Source: Caecitellus pseudoparvulus
Lineage: Eukaryota; Protista; Bigyra: Bicosoecida
DNA: 64,000 nt
NCBI GenBank assembly: GCA_965644315.1
Contig: CBFFRQ010000067.1
Span: 806,001 to 870,000 of the forward strand
Reading direction: 5' to 3'
In this document: piece by piece, positions 1 to 12,600 of the stretch
How the letters are laid out: each line of letters opens with the position of its first letter
How positions within the stretch are numbered: the first letter of the stretch is position 1
Notes under the pieces: model-generated
Databases searched by the model: none
What the model was told of the DNA's origin: nothing
The model's input: only the letters and a program-made list of their open reading frames with translations
Translations under genes and position numbers: made by a program

Positions 1-2
1 CG

Positions 3-635
3 CCGCCGCCCAAGCCTGGACGAGCAAGTGGCAGCGCCACGAGCCCCAAGGGCACTCGCGCCAGCACCCTGCAACTGGGCCAGCTGGCAGTGGGTGTGTG
101 CGTGGAAGATGCCTGGTCAGCCAAGCCGCCGCCGGGTCTCGCTGGCACTCTGCGGGTGGCACTTGAGAGCCAGCAGCAGGGTGAGGGGGCTGGTGGCTGT
201 GGAGCGTTCCTGCCGAGCATCGGCGCGGCATTTGCTCGAGCAGCATCTGCCTGCCCACGTGTCACTGTCGTCGAAGCAGCTGGAGTTGCCTGTGACGAGC
301 TGGGGCGGGAGGAGGGTGTGCTGCACGTGGTGGCGGGTACGCCCCGCACTTCCCATGGTGATGCTCTGTGGAGTCACCCGCTGGATGCGGTGACGCAGCT
401 GGTAGGTGCCGGCGGCCCGGCAGGGAAAGCGACCTCCGAAGGGGCGCCTGCTGCCACACTTGCCGTCCTCGTGGAGCCACAGGCAGTGCTGGCGCTGCAG
501 CGAGCACTGCAGGCTCGGCTGGTCAGCGTGCTGGACCTGGCAGCGCGAGGGGCGGCCAGTGCGGGAGCCGGGCTGGCGGAGGGAGTGACCATTACACCTC
601 GACTGTTGCATGCTGCAATTGTGTGTGGGCAGTGA
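3..635 (+). CDS. 3' end of a gene of unknown function (partial, runs off the window start)
   Basis: The frame of ORF 90..635 is open back to position 3 and ends at TGA 633-635. It is followed by GCAATGCA at 681-688, like other gene ends here. Confidence 0.5.
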   Translation, partial: PPPKPGRASGSATSPKGTRASTLQLGQLAVGVCVEDAWSAKPPPGLAGTLRVALESQQQGEGAGGCGAFLPSIGAAFARAASACPRVTVVEAAGVACDELGREEGVLHVVAGTPRTSHGDALWSHPLDAVTQLVGAGGPAGKATSEGAPAATLAVLVEPQAVLALQRALQARLVSVLDLAARGAASAGAGLAEGVTITPRLLHAAIVCGQ

Positions 636-779
636 GTGCGTGGCTGCTGCAGCAAGTGCGTGGGCGTGTGATTGTGCCGTGCAATGCAGTGCGAAGCAGT
701 CGCCACTTTCTACTCACCACTCAATTCCCTTGCCGGCCGCTCCTCAGCCTATGCCACCAGCCCCCCCCCTTCGATTACC

Positions 780-1384
780 ATGGCCCTCGCCCGCCGCCTG
801 GCGGCCCGCGTCACCACCACGGCCATGGCGGCCGCAGCTGCCGTCGGCGGCGGCGCCGTCGCCGCTGCAGCGCCTGCCACCACGCAACTGCGCCCGGCCT
901 CCACAGCCAGCGGAATCCGCGTGGAAGCTGACACCATGGGCGAGCTGCAGGTGCCTTCGGACAAGTACTGGGGCGCCCAGACTCAGCGTTCTCTCATCAA
1001 CTTCCCCATTGGCAACGAACAAGACCGCATGCCCAAGGAAGTCATGCGTGGTGAGTGTTTCGAGGCACGCTGCGGAAATACGCGCACAGCCCGCGCCATC
1101 ACCACGCCTGGCCTTTCCTGTCCCTGCAGCGTTTGGCATCCTCAAGAAGTGCGCGGCCAAGGTGAACATGGAGTATGGCCGCCTGCCCAAGGACATTGGC
1201 AGCGCCATCGTGCAGGCATGCGACGAGCTCATCGCCGGCAAGCTGGATGAGCACTTCCCGCTGGTTCGTGCCTGGCTCAGGCGGCGCTGGCGCCAGCACA
1301 CCGCAGGGTGGCACGCAGGCACGCCTCTCCTCTGTCGCAGGTGACGTTCCAGACGGGCTCTGGCACGCAGAGCAACATGAACAG

Positions 1385-1427
<43 letters not shown>

Positions 1428-2498
1428 GAGCTGGGCTCCAAGACCCCCGTGCACCCCAACGACCACGTGAACATGGGCATGAGCAGCAACGACTCCTTCC
1501 CCACCGGCATGTACATCGCCGCGGCGCTGGAGGTGCACACCAAGACCCTGCCCGGCCTGCGCCACCTGCACGCCTCCCTCGTGGCCAAGGCTGATGAGTA
1601 CAAGGACATCATCAAGATCGGCCGCACCCACACGCAGGACGCGACGCCCCTCACCCTGGGCCAGGAGTTCGGCGGCTACGCCCACCAGGTGGAGAAGAGC
1701 ATCGCCCGTGTGGAGCGCGCCCTGCCTTCACTCTTCGAGCTGGCACAGGGCGGCACTGCTGTGGGCACGGGCCTGAACTCAGTGGAGGGCTTCGACGTCA
1801 AGATCGCGGCTGAGATCGCAGCCGAGACAGGCCTGCCCTTCATCACCGCCCCCAATAAGTTCGAGGCTCTGGCCGCCCACGACGGCATCGTGGACGCGTC
1901 AGGCGCCCTGAACACCGTCGCCGTGTCCCTCATGAAGATCGCCAACGACATCCGCTTCCTGGGCTCTGGGCCCCGCTGCGGGCTGGGGGAGATCCAGCTG
2001 CCTGAGAACGAGCCAGGGTCCAGCATCATGCCCGGCAAGGTCAACCCTACCCAGTGCGAGGCGCTGACCATGGTGGCCGCTCAGGTGATGGGCAACCACG
2101 TCGCCATCACCGTCGGCGGCTCCAACGGCCACTTCGAGCTGAACGTGTTCAAGCCCATGATGGTGTACAACTTCCTGCAGTCTGCCCGCCTGCTGGGCGA
2201 CGCCGCTACCGCCTTCACCGACAAGTGCGTCGTGGGCATCGAGCCCAACAAGCCCCGCATCGAGAAGCTGCTGCACGAGAGCCTTATGCTGGTGACGGCC
2301 CTGAACCCCTACATCGGCTACGACAAGGCTGCCGCAGCAGCCAAGAAGGCCCACAAGGACGGCACGACGCTGAAGGAGGCTGCACTGGAGCTGGGCTACC
2401 TCACCTCCGAGCAGTTCGACGAGTGGGTCAAGCCGGAGCTCATGATCGGCCCCACGCCCGTGGAGGTCATGAAGGCACAGTACGGCATCAAGGACTGA
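780..2498 (+). CDS. FUM1: Fumarate hydratase class II, mitochondrial precursor; exons 780-1050, 1130-1263, 1341-2498
   Basis: Motifs [51 protein letters not shown] and the signature [15 protein letters not shown]. Introns 1051-1129 (gtgagt..ccctgcag) and 1264-1340 (gttcgt..gtcgcag) join the frames. The N-terminus is an Ala/Arg-rich presequence. Confidence 0.97.
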
Positions 2499-2601
2499 GC
2501 GCTGCCTGAGTCATCGCAATGCATTGGCACATGCGTGGAAGGGACTGACGGCCGTCCTTGCCTAGCCCGGAGGCGCAGCTAAGTCGCGCTAGGCCACGTG
2601 T

Positions 2602-4611
2602 CTACCCGAGGAACAGACGCACGAACGTCCGAAGGTCAGTTAACATTACATCTACGACACCTTGAGCTCTTGCTGCCGCCTCTTGTGCTGCCGCCCCCGC
2701 CGCTTCAGCCTGCAGGCGCTCATAGTGCCGGCAGAGCCGCCCCTCCACCGCCGCACAGCAGGAACGCAGCCCCTTCCCGATGGCGCGGGTGGCTTGCTGC
2801 CCCGTGAGGCCAATGTTTGAGAAGAAGGCATGCACTGTTCGATCTGGGTTCAAGTAGCCCGTCCACCAGTTCACCATGCTGGCATCTGCCGCCCGCTCAG
2901 CGGCTCCCCCCTCCACTCGCTCCCAAGGGTCACCGCTGAAGGCAGCCTTGATGAAGGCGAGAATGGCAAACTTCTTGGCTTGGTTCAGGGTGTGGTGGAC
3001 CATATTCAGGTTCGCGCTTCCCCGGGACGCCTTGTCTCCTGCGAAAGGCGCATCGTTCACGACTGCCTGCCAAACATCGCCGTGTGGGAAGCCAGCCGCC
3101 CCCGCTCGTGCCACGTCAACCGCGTGCAAGTTATCATGGAGCGTCCCAGATGGACTTCCTTCTACCTGCAGCACTGCGCGCACAAACAAGCGGTCCATGA
3201 GCGCGATTTCCAGAGTGTGGTCAACGTGCAGCGCACCACCAACGGTTTTCATCGCCGCCTCGATGGCCTGCCTGGACTTGCCCGTGAGTACATCCACCTC
3301 CCCGCGCGCTTCCCACACTTCATCAGCAAACATTGTCACGGGGCATCGCATGAAGTCAAAGTTCTGGCACAAGTCCAAGAGGTCGGCACCGCCTTCAGGG
3401 CGGAATTCCAAGGTCCGCGCTGGACCTGGTCGCTGCACCAGGTCTTGCATCCGCAAGGCTCCACTGTGTGCATCCGCATCGCCACTTGGGGTGGAGTCAA
3501 TCTCACAACCTTCGCCACTCGCGGCAGCTGCGAGGGATGTACCTGTTCTTGCGACAGTTTTCTTTCTCCGGGGAGACGGGGACCCCGGCAGGTCAGTCTC
3601 TCGGAGTGACTCAGTCACGGAATCATCTAGCAGCAGGGCCGTGAGGACAAGCAGCTCGACATCGTCGTCGCTTGGGCGGCTGGGTGCTGCCAGGATGCTC
3701 AGCACTTCCTCACGTGCCACCGCATCAACTGCTTGCTTGAACGGCGAGTCTGCCTTTTCGTACTCCTTCAGCAGGCACAAAAAGAAGTCGGACCTTCGAA
3801 TGGCATCCATCCCATCCAAAATGGCATCAATCTTCTTCTTCTTTGTCCTCCTGGCTTTCCTCAGGTCGGCTTGCACTGCTTTGTCTGGCCGCCTGGCCAT
3901 GAATGCGAGGAGCTGATTCATGCGCTCCTGCAGGACTTTCAACGTGTGACTCTTGTTGCAGAGCATACTACAGACGACGCTCCTCACTCCTGGTCGCTTG
4001 CTCCAGTCGCGTCCTGGCTCTTGTGAGCGAGGAGCAGCACGAGCTGAAGCGGACGGTCGTGCGGGCACCGCCTCAGTTGGAACGGCAGCCTTGGCAGCCG
4101 AGAACGGCGGCGAGTGCACTTCTTCTGAAGAACCAGGATGCTGCGTTGGTGATGGGGGGGCTTGGGGCTGTGGGCTGTTGGGGGGCTCACTGTCACCTGC
4201 CGGCAGCAATGCAAGCGCTTTGTCCAGGTCAGGCGTGACAAGCAACACAGCGAGAGCAGCCATCTTGGGTGCTTCAGGTTCGAAGGAAGCCCTTCCTTTT
4301 CGACATCGCCGGCTGCCGGGGTGCTGCATGTCCTCACACACTAGCGCAAGCGCTGCCGCGTTTGAGAGTGCCACTATCTCGCCAAGCTGCCCGACCGCAG
4401 CACACTCCCAAACAGCACGGCAAACGCGCGAAATATAGGACGGCTTTGGCTCTGACTTTGGGTCTCCAAGCTCGCGCAGCGCCTCGACTTGGCTCGGGAT
4501 CAGCCCTGGAAGCCTCTCTGACAGCAGCTTGACCCGCTGGCGCATGGACTTCACCGTGCACCGTGCCGCAACATTGTCCCGAAACGAGTCCCGAGGGAAG
4601 CGGCCAGCCAT
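2602..4611 (-). CDS. 669-aa intronless protein with a C-terminal HNH-like (beta-beta-alpha-Me) nuclease motif
   Basis: Long ATG-initiated ORF. DVLTG...LHVDHTLE...SANLNMVHHTLNQAKK fits the DH...N...N...K pattern of HNH nucleases. A basic stretch, RKARRTKKKK, may be an NLS. Confidence 0.6.
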   Translation of the reverse strand: MAGRFPRDSFRDNVAARCTVKSMRQRVKLLSERLPGLIPSQVEALRELGDPKSEPKPSYISRVCRAVWECAAVGQLGEIVALSNAAALALVCEDMQHPGSRRCRKGRASFEPEAPKMAALAVLLVTPDLDKALALLPAGDSEPPNSPQPQAPPSPTQHPGSSEEVHSPPFSAAKAAVPTEAVPARPSASARAAPRSQEPGRDWSKRPGVRSVVCSMLCNKSHTLKVLQERMNQLLAFMARRPDKAVQADLRKARRTKKKKIDAILDGMDAIRRSDFFLCLLKEYEKADSPFKQAVDAVAREEVLSILAAPSRPSDDDVELLVLTALLLDDSVTESLRETDLPGSPSPRRKKTVARTGTSLAAAASGEGCEIDSTPSGDADAHSGALRMQDLVQRPGPARTLEFRPEGGADLLDLCQNFDFMRCPVTMFADEVWEARGEVDVLTGKSRQAIEAAMKTVGGALHVDHTLEIALMDRLFVRAVLQVEGSPSGTLHDNLHAVDVARAGAAGFPHGDVWQAVVNDAPFAGDKASRGSANLNMVHHTLNQAKKFAILAFIKAAFSGDPWERVEGGAAERAADASMVNWWTGYLNPDRTVHAFFSNIGLTGQQATRAIGKGLRSCCAAVEGRLCRHYERLQAEAAGAAAQEAAARAQGVVDVMLTDLRTFVRLFLG

Positions 4612-5157
4612 CGTGAAAGGTGGCGTTCAATACACAAGGGGATGATACCCCCCGCATCCACCTGCGGACTCGCCGGGAAGGCTGCACTGCTCACTGCTTG
4701 AGAGCGCTATGGTGCTCCTTTCAACGCAGGCGAAACTCCAGCGTCCACTTCCCTTGATCTCAGCACAGAACCATGAGACAGAGCGAGGCACCACACCACA
4801 TACCATGCCCTTTCAGAGGTACTGTATCCGTTCTGCAGCAGTACTATTTGTCCATGCAGTGCGTTGTGACTTGCTGGGGCGCAGAGAGTGCTCATGTGCA
4901 GTGCACTTTGCCCAGCCTCAGCCTTCGTCCATTTGCACCCCCACAGCACAATCGACAGATCATCCCATGTCCAAATTTGCAAGAAGCACACAAAATCATT
5001 TCAGGCTGCGCCCCACTCTGAACAGCTTGACCACGACGCCCAGAGGCAGGCAGCACGGCGCTTTGTCACCACGCCAGCCACTTCCATGTGGTGTCTGGAC
5101 ATTTCTGCGACTTGACTTTGCGAGTTCGACCGCAGCCGGGCATCCAGTACCTACAAC

Positions 5158-6600
5158 ATGGGACAGGGGGCATGTACACCATCGGGGGAGGCGCCAGTCA
5201 GGGCTCAAGTGCTGGAGGCCTTGGACTCACGGGAGATAGACTTGGAAGCGTGGACCAAGTGGCTAGGGCAGTGGAAGGAGTCCAACGGCAGGGACCGACC
5301 CACTCGCACCATGCAGCTGGGGTACTGGCTCGCACTGGGCAACATTGGTTCTAGGCAGTATGCGAAGTCTTTGTCTGCTCGGTCGCTTCTGGCGATGCTG
5401 GTGAACGCAAGCGTGCCGTACCCTGCTGAGCTGCGGGCATGCAAGCCCACCACCCCCGAAGCACGCGTGGGCTTGGAGCACTTCAAAGCTGCCTTGTTGC
5501 GGGAGGAGGGGGGGCTAGATTCTGCAGCTGACATGCTCAAGGTGGGGTTTCCCGCCACGCTGGGAGGAGCAGAGGGTACATATGTGGACAGCTTGCAGCT
5601 GTGGACGCCGCTGCTGTCCATCATCCAGCAGACGTCAAAGGCGGAGCGAGCTTTGGATTTGCTGCTGCAGAACGGAGCGAGATTGGACGAATGGGCCCCA
5701 TGTGCTTCTTGCCCGTTGCCACCGCCTCACTTGTGCCGGTTCCAGAGCCCTGGGGAGCCAGTGCCAGGTGTGCTGCACGCGATCACGGCGTTCCACGCAG
5801 CATTGCACAACCACCACAGCCCAAAGAACGTGGACCTTCTGCTTGACAGGTGCCCTCCTGGCCATGTGTTTCCGTTGTTGAATGCTTTTGACAATTCCGG
5901 GCGTGGTGTCGTGAATCTGTGCATCAACAAGTGCTTGGCGGCTATGCAAAGGTGCAAGACGCCGGCTGGGCGAGTGGAGATCGCATGCATGTGGACGGAC
6001 ACGCTTCGGCGGCTGAGCCGATTCGGGTTGGACCTTGGTGGCCCAGTCGAGGCGGGAGTGCTGGGCAGCAGCAGGCTACTGGAGGAGAATGTGGATCTTC
6101 CGCCGAAGGGAGTTTGGCAGGTGCTGAACGACCACTTGGACTTGCCAGGATATGGCGACATGCCAGGCAGCGCGCCGTTGCGCTTGGAGGATGTGCCGGC
6201 ATCGTTGGTGTCTGACATTGAGCACTTTTTCACCATGCCTCCCGTCGAAGCAGGCCCCGCCATTGCAGCACACCCAGAGCAGCAGCTGGTTCTGTGGCTG
6301 ATGAAGGAGAGAGGCAGGATGCGGCTTGGTGTGTCTCCGACGCTTTTTGGAGCTGTTCAGGCTGCTCAAGGTGCTGATGCTGCCCGATCCTTTCCCCGAG
6401 CGCTTGATAACAGGTTACGGTTGGAGAGCGTTGCGGTGCTGGCACAGGAGCTGGCAAAGCTGGTCCTGCCGTGCCCGAGGGTGCTGAGGCTGTGGAGGTT
6501 CTATGGATTCTTCCTGCCTCGTGGCCTCACCCACTTGCGGTGGGCGCTCCGGAGGCCCATGATGCTGCTGCGTGAGCGGTCCAAAGCGACCCGGTTGTGA
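5158..6600 (+). CDS. 480-aa protein with degenerate ankyrin-like repeats
   Basis: Long ATG ORF with segments ALDLLLQNGARLD, TAFHAALHNHHSPKNVDLLL and LNAFDNSGRGVVNLC that resemble ankyrin repeats. Confidence 0.55.
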   Translation: MGQGACTPSGEAPVRAQVLEALDSREIDLEAWTKWLGQWKESNGRDRPTRTMQLGYWLALGNIGSRQYAKSLSARSLLAMLVNASVPYPAELRACKPTTPEARVGLEHFKAALLREEGGLDSAADMLKVGFPATLGGAEGTYVDSLQLWTPLLSIIQQTSKAERALDLLLQNGARLDEWAPCASCPLPPPHLCRFQSPGEPVPGVLHAITAFHAALHNHHSPKNVDLLLDRCPPGHVFPLLNAFDNSGRGVVNLCINKCLAAMQRCKTPAGRVEIACMWTDTLRRLSRFGLDLGGPVEAGVLGSSRLLEENVDLPPKGVWQVLNDHLDLPGYGDMPGSAPLRLEDVPASLVSDIEHFFTMPPVEAGPAIAAHPEQQLVLWLMKERGRMRLGVSPTLFGAVQAAQGADAARSFPRALDNRLRLESVAVLAQELAKLVLPCPRVLRLWRFYGFFLPRGLTHLRWALRRPMMLLRERSKATRL

Positions 6601-6665
6601 AGTTTGCTGCGGTCGCGTGCGCAATGTCACCGTGCATTGAGTCGTGCGTGCACCTCCCTCCCGGG

Positions 6666-9600
6666 TCAATGCTCCGCGTCCCCCGTGAGCACAGCTGCAC
6701 CAGCCACGCCCAGAGGGAAGTCTGCAGCAGACAGCACGTGGAACTGGCCCACAGGCGTGCTTCGACGGGGGCTGGCAAAGACAGGCACCTGCTCCCACGC
6801 AGCACCCTCAGCCGCCGGAGCAATGGCGCGCTGCAGCTCATGGCCAGGCGCTGCTGAGAGGAGGAGGGTTGTGGCAGGGAGGGCCGATCGCACTGCTCCC
6901 GTCCAGGCAATGTCCACTCGTGCATCCGTCGCCGGGCAAGCCCCCTCCATGAACAGGCCAGTCAGCTGCACGATGGCTGAGTGCTCAGGTACATCTTCCA
7001 CAAGCAACGGTGCCCAGTACGCCTTGATCTGGTGCACGGGGCACTGCAGTGCGGCAGCGGCAGCCTGCTGCAGGGCAGCCAGCGCCGCGGCAGGGCTGTG
7101 CAGAGCGGCCAATGCAACACCTGTGTCTGGTACTTGGGTTTGAGAGATGATGGAGGTCGGGTCATCCAGTGACGCCTTGGTCAGCGTGCACACCGCCTGG
7201 CTGGCATCTGCTAGCGCACCCAGCCAGCTCGTTACATCAGCCTGTCGAGCCCCGCTGGCGTAGCCAGGGCGCAGCTGCAACCACATGCTTGGTGTGCGTT
7301 GCTGCGCCAGAGCATCTCGCGTAGTGCGCAGGGTGTGCGGCAGTGGGGGTGGGGTGCGGCCCTCTGCAGCAGCCGATGCCAGCAACGTCGCATGAGCCTG
7401 CAGAGCCTGCACGTCAGCCAACGCAGACTGCGCGACATGGCGCAGGGCGCTCGCTTCCCCTGCCAGCCACCGCAAGAGCGTGCGGGTCACGGGCTCGGCG
7501 TGCACCGCGTCGCCACTCGCCTCCTCCGCAGCCTCCAGCACGCTGAGGACTGACTGCGCCCCCTGCTCTAGCCGTGTGTAAGTGCTGGCTGCAGCGGCGT
7601 GGCCGTCAAGCGTGCCGCCTGCCTCCGTGCTGACAGCGGCAGTGCTGGACGCTGCGACCTGCCCAGCTGCAATGGCCGAAAAAGCCGCCGCGATGTCCGA
7701 CCCCTCTCGAGACAAGGTGGCCTGCTCACACCCTGCCGGCAAGCCCAGCCACGCAGGAGGGTTGATGGCGGGGAGGCGGCGTGCCCAAGCTTCAAATGCA
7801 TCCAGAGAATTCGCAGCGGGAGGTGGTGGCGCCAGCTGTTCACCTGGCCCCAGGCTCAGGTTGTGGTCCGCATCGAAAATGCTCGGCGTCAGCACTGCTT
7901 CGGCCAGGTGCAGCAGCACCGCTGCGTCCACGTCTGTTGACAGGCGCCCTCCATGGTGAGCGCCCCCTACCAGCTTGCGCAGGGCCTCCCACGGCAGGCT
8001 GTCCGGCTCCACGTGCCCCGGCACGGCGCCCTGTCCATACTGCAGGTCCACCCACCGCCCAACGGACACCGCCGCAGCAGCCAGGTCCCCGTCACTGAAC
8101 GTGTACCGCTTCGTCCAGCCCAAGGGCGCGTACCTGCACCGTTCACTGACGGAAGCGTGCAGCCAGGCCAGGGCGAACAGGACGCGGGTGGACTCCACAG
8201 GCGCCTTGCTCCACAAGCCACGGGGAATGCAGTGCAGCGCGCCCAACACAGCTGCCCGCATGCCCGCCGGGCGCTGCAGGGTGACCTTGGTGCTGACTCG
8301 CAGCAGGGCGGCAGGAATGCGCGTGCCCTCCTCCCCCACCTCTGCGCACAGAATGATGCGGAACTTGGCGTGCACCTTGCCCCGCTTCCCAGACTGCCCT
8401 GCAGCACCCGCTGTGCTGCCCGCGCCCCCTCGGTGTTGCAGCTGCTTCAGCAGCTTGGGCAGCCAGGCTGTCGCGAGGTGCACGTTGCTGAGCAATACCC
8501 AGTCCCCGCCACTCATGGCCCGGTCCACGGCCGCCCGTGCTGCGTCGAAGCTGTCGGGGTCGCCCATGGGCACAGTGTGCAGAGCGGACGTGAAGCCCGC
8601 AGCGGCCTCTTGCGCACGCTGCACGACGTTCACCCCAGCCGCGCCGGCGATGAAGACAGGCGCAGAGCGCAGCACAACGCGGTCAGAGCCCCGCACGGCG
8701 TCCTCCAGGGTCATAGCGCAGTCCGCAGCATCATCCCCCAGCAGCGCACTCTCCCACCGCGCAACCGCTGCCCACAGCCCTGCTGGCGCTGCGGCAGCCT
8801 GCAGCACCAGTGGCACCCACGCAGCATGCCGAACAGCGTCACCCTCGTCCTCCTCTTGCCAGGCTGGCTGAGCCCTCCCCTCGGAAAAGTGCTGCACCCA
8901 GTCGTCCGTGTTCTGCGTCAGCGACTCGGCGAGGCGCGGCCAAGGCTGGTGCGGCAGGGCTGTGAGCGCGGCCAGGCTGGTACGCGCAGCTGGAGGCAGC
9001 ACCTTGGCTACATCTTCGGGCAGTGTCGCTTCAGTGGCTGGCACACGGCCTTGCACCAGGGCCACCTCTTGGGAGGGTGGGCTGCAACCTAGGGCTTCGG
9101 AGCAGGCGAGCAGCACGCCAGCTGTCAGACCGGCTGCGTGAGCCCGGAACATGCAGGGGCGGACGGCGCCCAGCACTGTGCGGGCCAAGGCCCACACGGT
9201 GTTTGTGACGGTGTCGGGCGTGTCAGCACTGGGCGCCGCGGCGAGCGTGCGATCCAGTGCGGACAGGAAGAAGTGCAGCGACCAGCGGTACATGGCATGC
9301 AGCGCAGGCAGCTTGCGCAGCGCAAAGTACACTTCCACAGCCGCCGCCACGAGAGGCTCGTAGCCCGACGTCACTGCTGTCAGCTGCTCCAGAGCACTGG
9401 CAACGTCAGCGGCCTTGTTCTCCACCACGGCCGTTTCTTGCTTCAGCCGCTCCATGGCCTTCAGCGTCGCGTCGTCCTCCAGCAGGCTGGCCGTGGATGA
9501 CGACAGCTGCGTCAAGACATCGTCCTCCAGCTGGCGCAGCTGCGCAGTGTACTCTGCTGCGAGCTTGAGGGCCTCACCGCGTTGCTTGGCGATGTCTGGG

Positions 9601-12600
9601 CGCTGCGCTGTCAAGATGCGTGCGAGGGCGACGGAGCGGAGGGAGCCGGGCGTCACGGAGTTGTTCACGGCAGTGACGCGGGAAAGGATGTCCGGCGCGA
9701 ACTGGTGTGTGGCGTCTGACGTAAACATGAACATTTGGAAGGCGGGAGAGACGTCCACCTCGGAGGCGCCCACAGTGACGGTGGAGCGCCCGCCTAGGGA
9801 CGAGTACTCCCGCCCCAGCACAGGGTTCAGCAAGGGATCGATGCCTTCCGCATCCGTGACGACGAGGGTGTTCCCGAAGCGCAAGCTGGACTCCAGGCGC
9901 TTGGGGAAGGCAGGGTCCAGGTAGCTCACCACGACGGGCGCCGTGCCGGCAGCTCGCGCCACCTTCTCGCAGACCACCTGCTGCACCTCCCCAGTGGGGT
10001 CGATGATGAGGGGGAAGCGGGCAAACGCCGAGAGCAGTGCGGAGTTCTGCGTGGCGAGGTCGTCCTCAGCTGCCCCGGCCGCACGCCATGCCAGAACGTC
10101 GGCGGGCTCTGCCAGCCCAGACCCCGCCTCGCACTCGGCGTCAAAAGGCACTCCTGCCGCGTCCAGCACCTCGCTCCACTCCGCATGCAGGCTTGCGCGC
10201 ACTTGGAAGCCGAAGAAGCCGGCATACGCCGCAAAGGCGCCGTGCAGCAGCGCCGCCCCCGGCACGTGCGCAGTCTGGGCGGCAAAGTGAGCCTCCGACG
10301 AGGCCCACCGCTGCTCCTCCCCTGCCAAGCCTGCCACCAAGCCTTCCGCCCGAGACACCTTGGACTGCACAGCCTCAAGTGCTGTGCCCAGTTCCTGTCC
10401 CTCTGCGATCAGCTTCGCGTACTCCCGCTTGTACTGTGCGATGGTGTCTTGCAGCTCGGCCAGGCGGGCGGCAGTGGCCTCGGCGCGCTGTGCCAGCTCG
10501 GTGGCTTGGTCTTCCAGCTGCCCCACTTCCTCACGCAGTGGTGCGACGGTCTGCAGCACCTCGGCATACTGCACTTGGGATGTCACCCACTCGAACAGGG
10601 GTCCGCAAGCCTTGGACGACTTGGCGGCGCGCTCCTGGGTGAAGTCAGGGTCGGACAGGAATGTGTCGGCAATGTACTGCCGCACGGCAGGTGTGACGGT
10701 TTCAGTGTTGAAGTTGAGGATGTTGGGGATGAAGTCGCGCTTCTGCAGACTGCGCTTGATGTCCGTCCACTTCTTCGGCTGCGGTGCTTCGTCGCTGGCC
10801 GCAGCAGCCGTCGTCCCACTCGCGCCGTCGCTGGTCGCACTTTCCAGCAGAGCGAGGAGCGCCTCCATGGTCTTGCGGATGGGCTCTGGCGGGCGGGCCA
10901 ACGCGCGGATCTCATCCAGTGCCGAGCGCTTGATGCTGGAAACGCCAGCCTTCACTTTCTCCAGCAGGGGCTGCATGCCCTTGAGTTTGTCCTCCACCAC
11001 CGCCTTGCGCTCTGCCACGGCGCCTTCCCGGGCCGCCACCTGCTGCGCCAAGTCCTCGCTCTCTGTGCGCTGTGTCTCGGCCACCTGCTGCTTCTCCAGC
11101 ATCTCACCCAGCTTCGTCTCAGCTTCCTGCTGCTTGGCGTGCAGTGCCGCTTCCTTCTCGTGCAGCTGGGCCTTCATGCCCGCCACGGCCTCGGACGTGT
11201 TCCGCAGCTTGGCCAAGCCGCCTGCGACGCGGGCGTGCTGCTTGGCAAGAAACTCGCGCTCCCGGTTCCACAGCCGCACGACGTGGCCCAGGAAGTCCAA
11301 AAAGTGCCGCGGCGTGATGAAGGTCCGCGTCTCTGCAGTCAAGGCCTCGGCTTCGGCAGCCTCCGCCGCCACTCTGTGCAACTGCACAGCTGCCGTGACC
11401 AGGGACACGCCCTGGCTGACAGCAGGGCCCACCTCCTCCCCAGCCCCCAGAGCAGCCTGCACGGCGGGCAGGGCCAGTCCGGCAATGTCCTCAATGCCGT
11501 GGCCCCCCGCCAACACGAATGCGCCGGCGCCAGCCGCTTCTGCCGCTGGTGCCAGGTCCAGAGCTCGCAGCAGGGTGGCAGCGGTCTGCGTCAGTGCAGG
11601 AGCGGACCAGTCCCCGAACCAATCCACGATGCAGCGGTTGAACAGGGCTGGGCTCGTGGCGGCCCGGTCGGTGAAGTCTGCCGTCGCGGGGTTCATGGTC
11701 ATGGCCACGTGGAGGTTGCGGCGGACACGGGCGACGAACCAAGCGTACAGGGCCTCTTCGCCCTGGCCGCGTGAGGGCGCGCCAGCGGATGCGGGAGCGG
11801 CTGAGGCCGCCTCCCGCAGCCCACTCATGAGGGCTGTCCAGTCATCAGCTTCAAACAGACCCGGGACCTCCCCACTGGCCAGCAGCGCGTTCATGCGCTC
11901 CAGGAAGCCAGTGTCCAGGACGTTGCCCTCGTCGAAGATGAACACGAGTGGCTCCCCCTGCACGCCAGCCCGCGTGAGGAGACTCCTCAGATCGGCGTCG
12001 AAGTGTTCCTGGCCGTAGCCACGGTGCACCTTGAGGGTGGCAGTGGCAATGCCGCGGGACCACGCCGCAAAGCGAGTCAGCAGCGTCTTGCCAGCGCCTG
12101 ACTGCCCCACGAGGAGCAAGTGCCCAGACTGCTGTCCCAGCACACGGTCGATGCGCGCCAGGTGTCGCAGGACGTCGTCGAACGTGATCAGCTGCACCTG
12201 CTGCACCTCCTCTGCGAAGTCCCGCGCCCTGTGAGCTACGAACGCCCGGAACTCAGACAGGCTCGTGCTCTCGTACTTGCCCGACACAAGCGTCGTGTAC
12301 ACGGCTGAGCCAGTGAGGATGTCCTCCAGAGTGGGCGACGCGGCATCTCCCGCAGCGAGTGCCTCGGGCAAGTGCTCAGCAAGAGCTTCACGGGTGGCAT
12401 CCTGGCACCACGCCACGTCCTCCGCCCGCACCAGGCGGTCGGCGAAGATGCGCAGCGCCTCGTGCGCCCACAGCCCCGTGAAGGTGGGCAGGTCGCACTC
12501 GCCGCCGCTCTGCAGCACATCCCCCAACGCCCGCACCCACCGGCTGAGCTCTCGAGGTGAGTACACATAGTGGGCCCACTCGTCCGTGCTGAACTTGCTC

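Noticed and set aside
2560-2594. gcctagc/gctaggc hairpin as a Helitron or transposon end for the HNH island
   Set aside because: Only a 7-bp stem, with no matching other terminus, TIR or TSD found.
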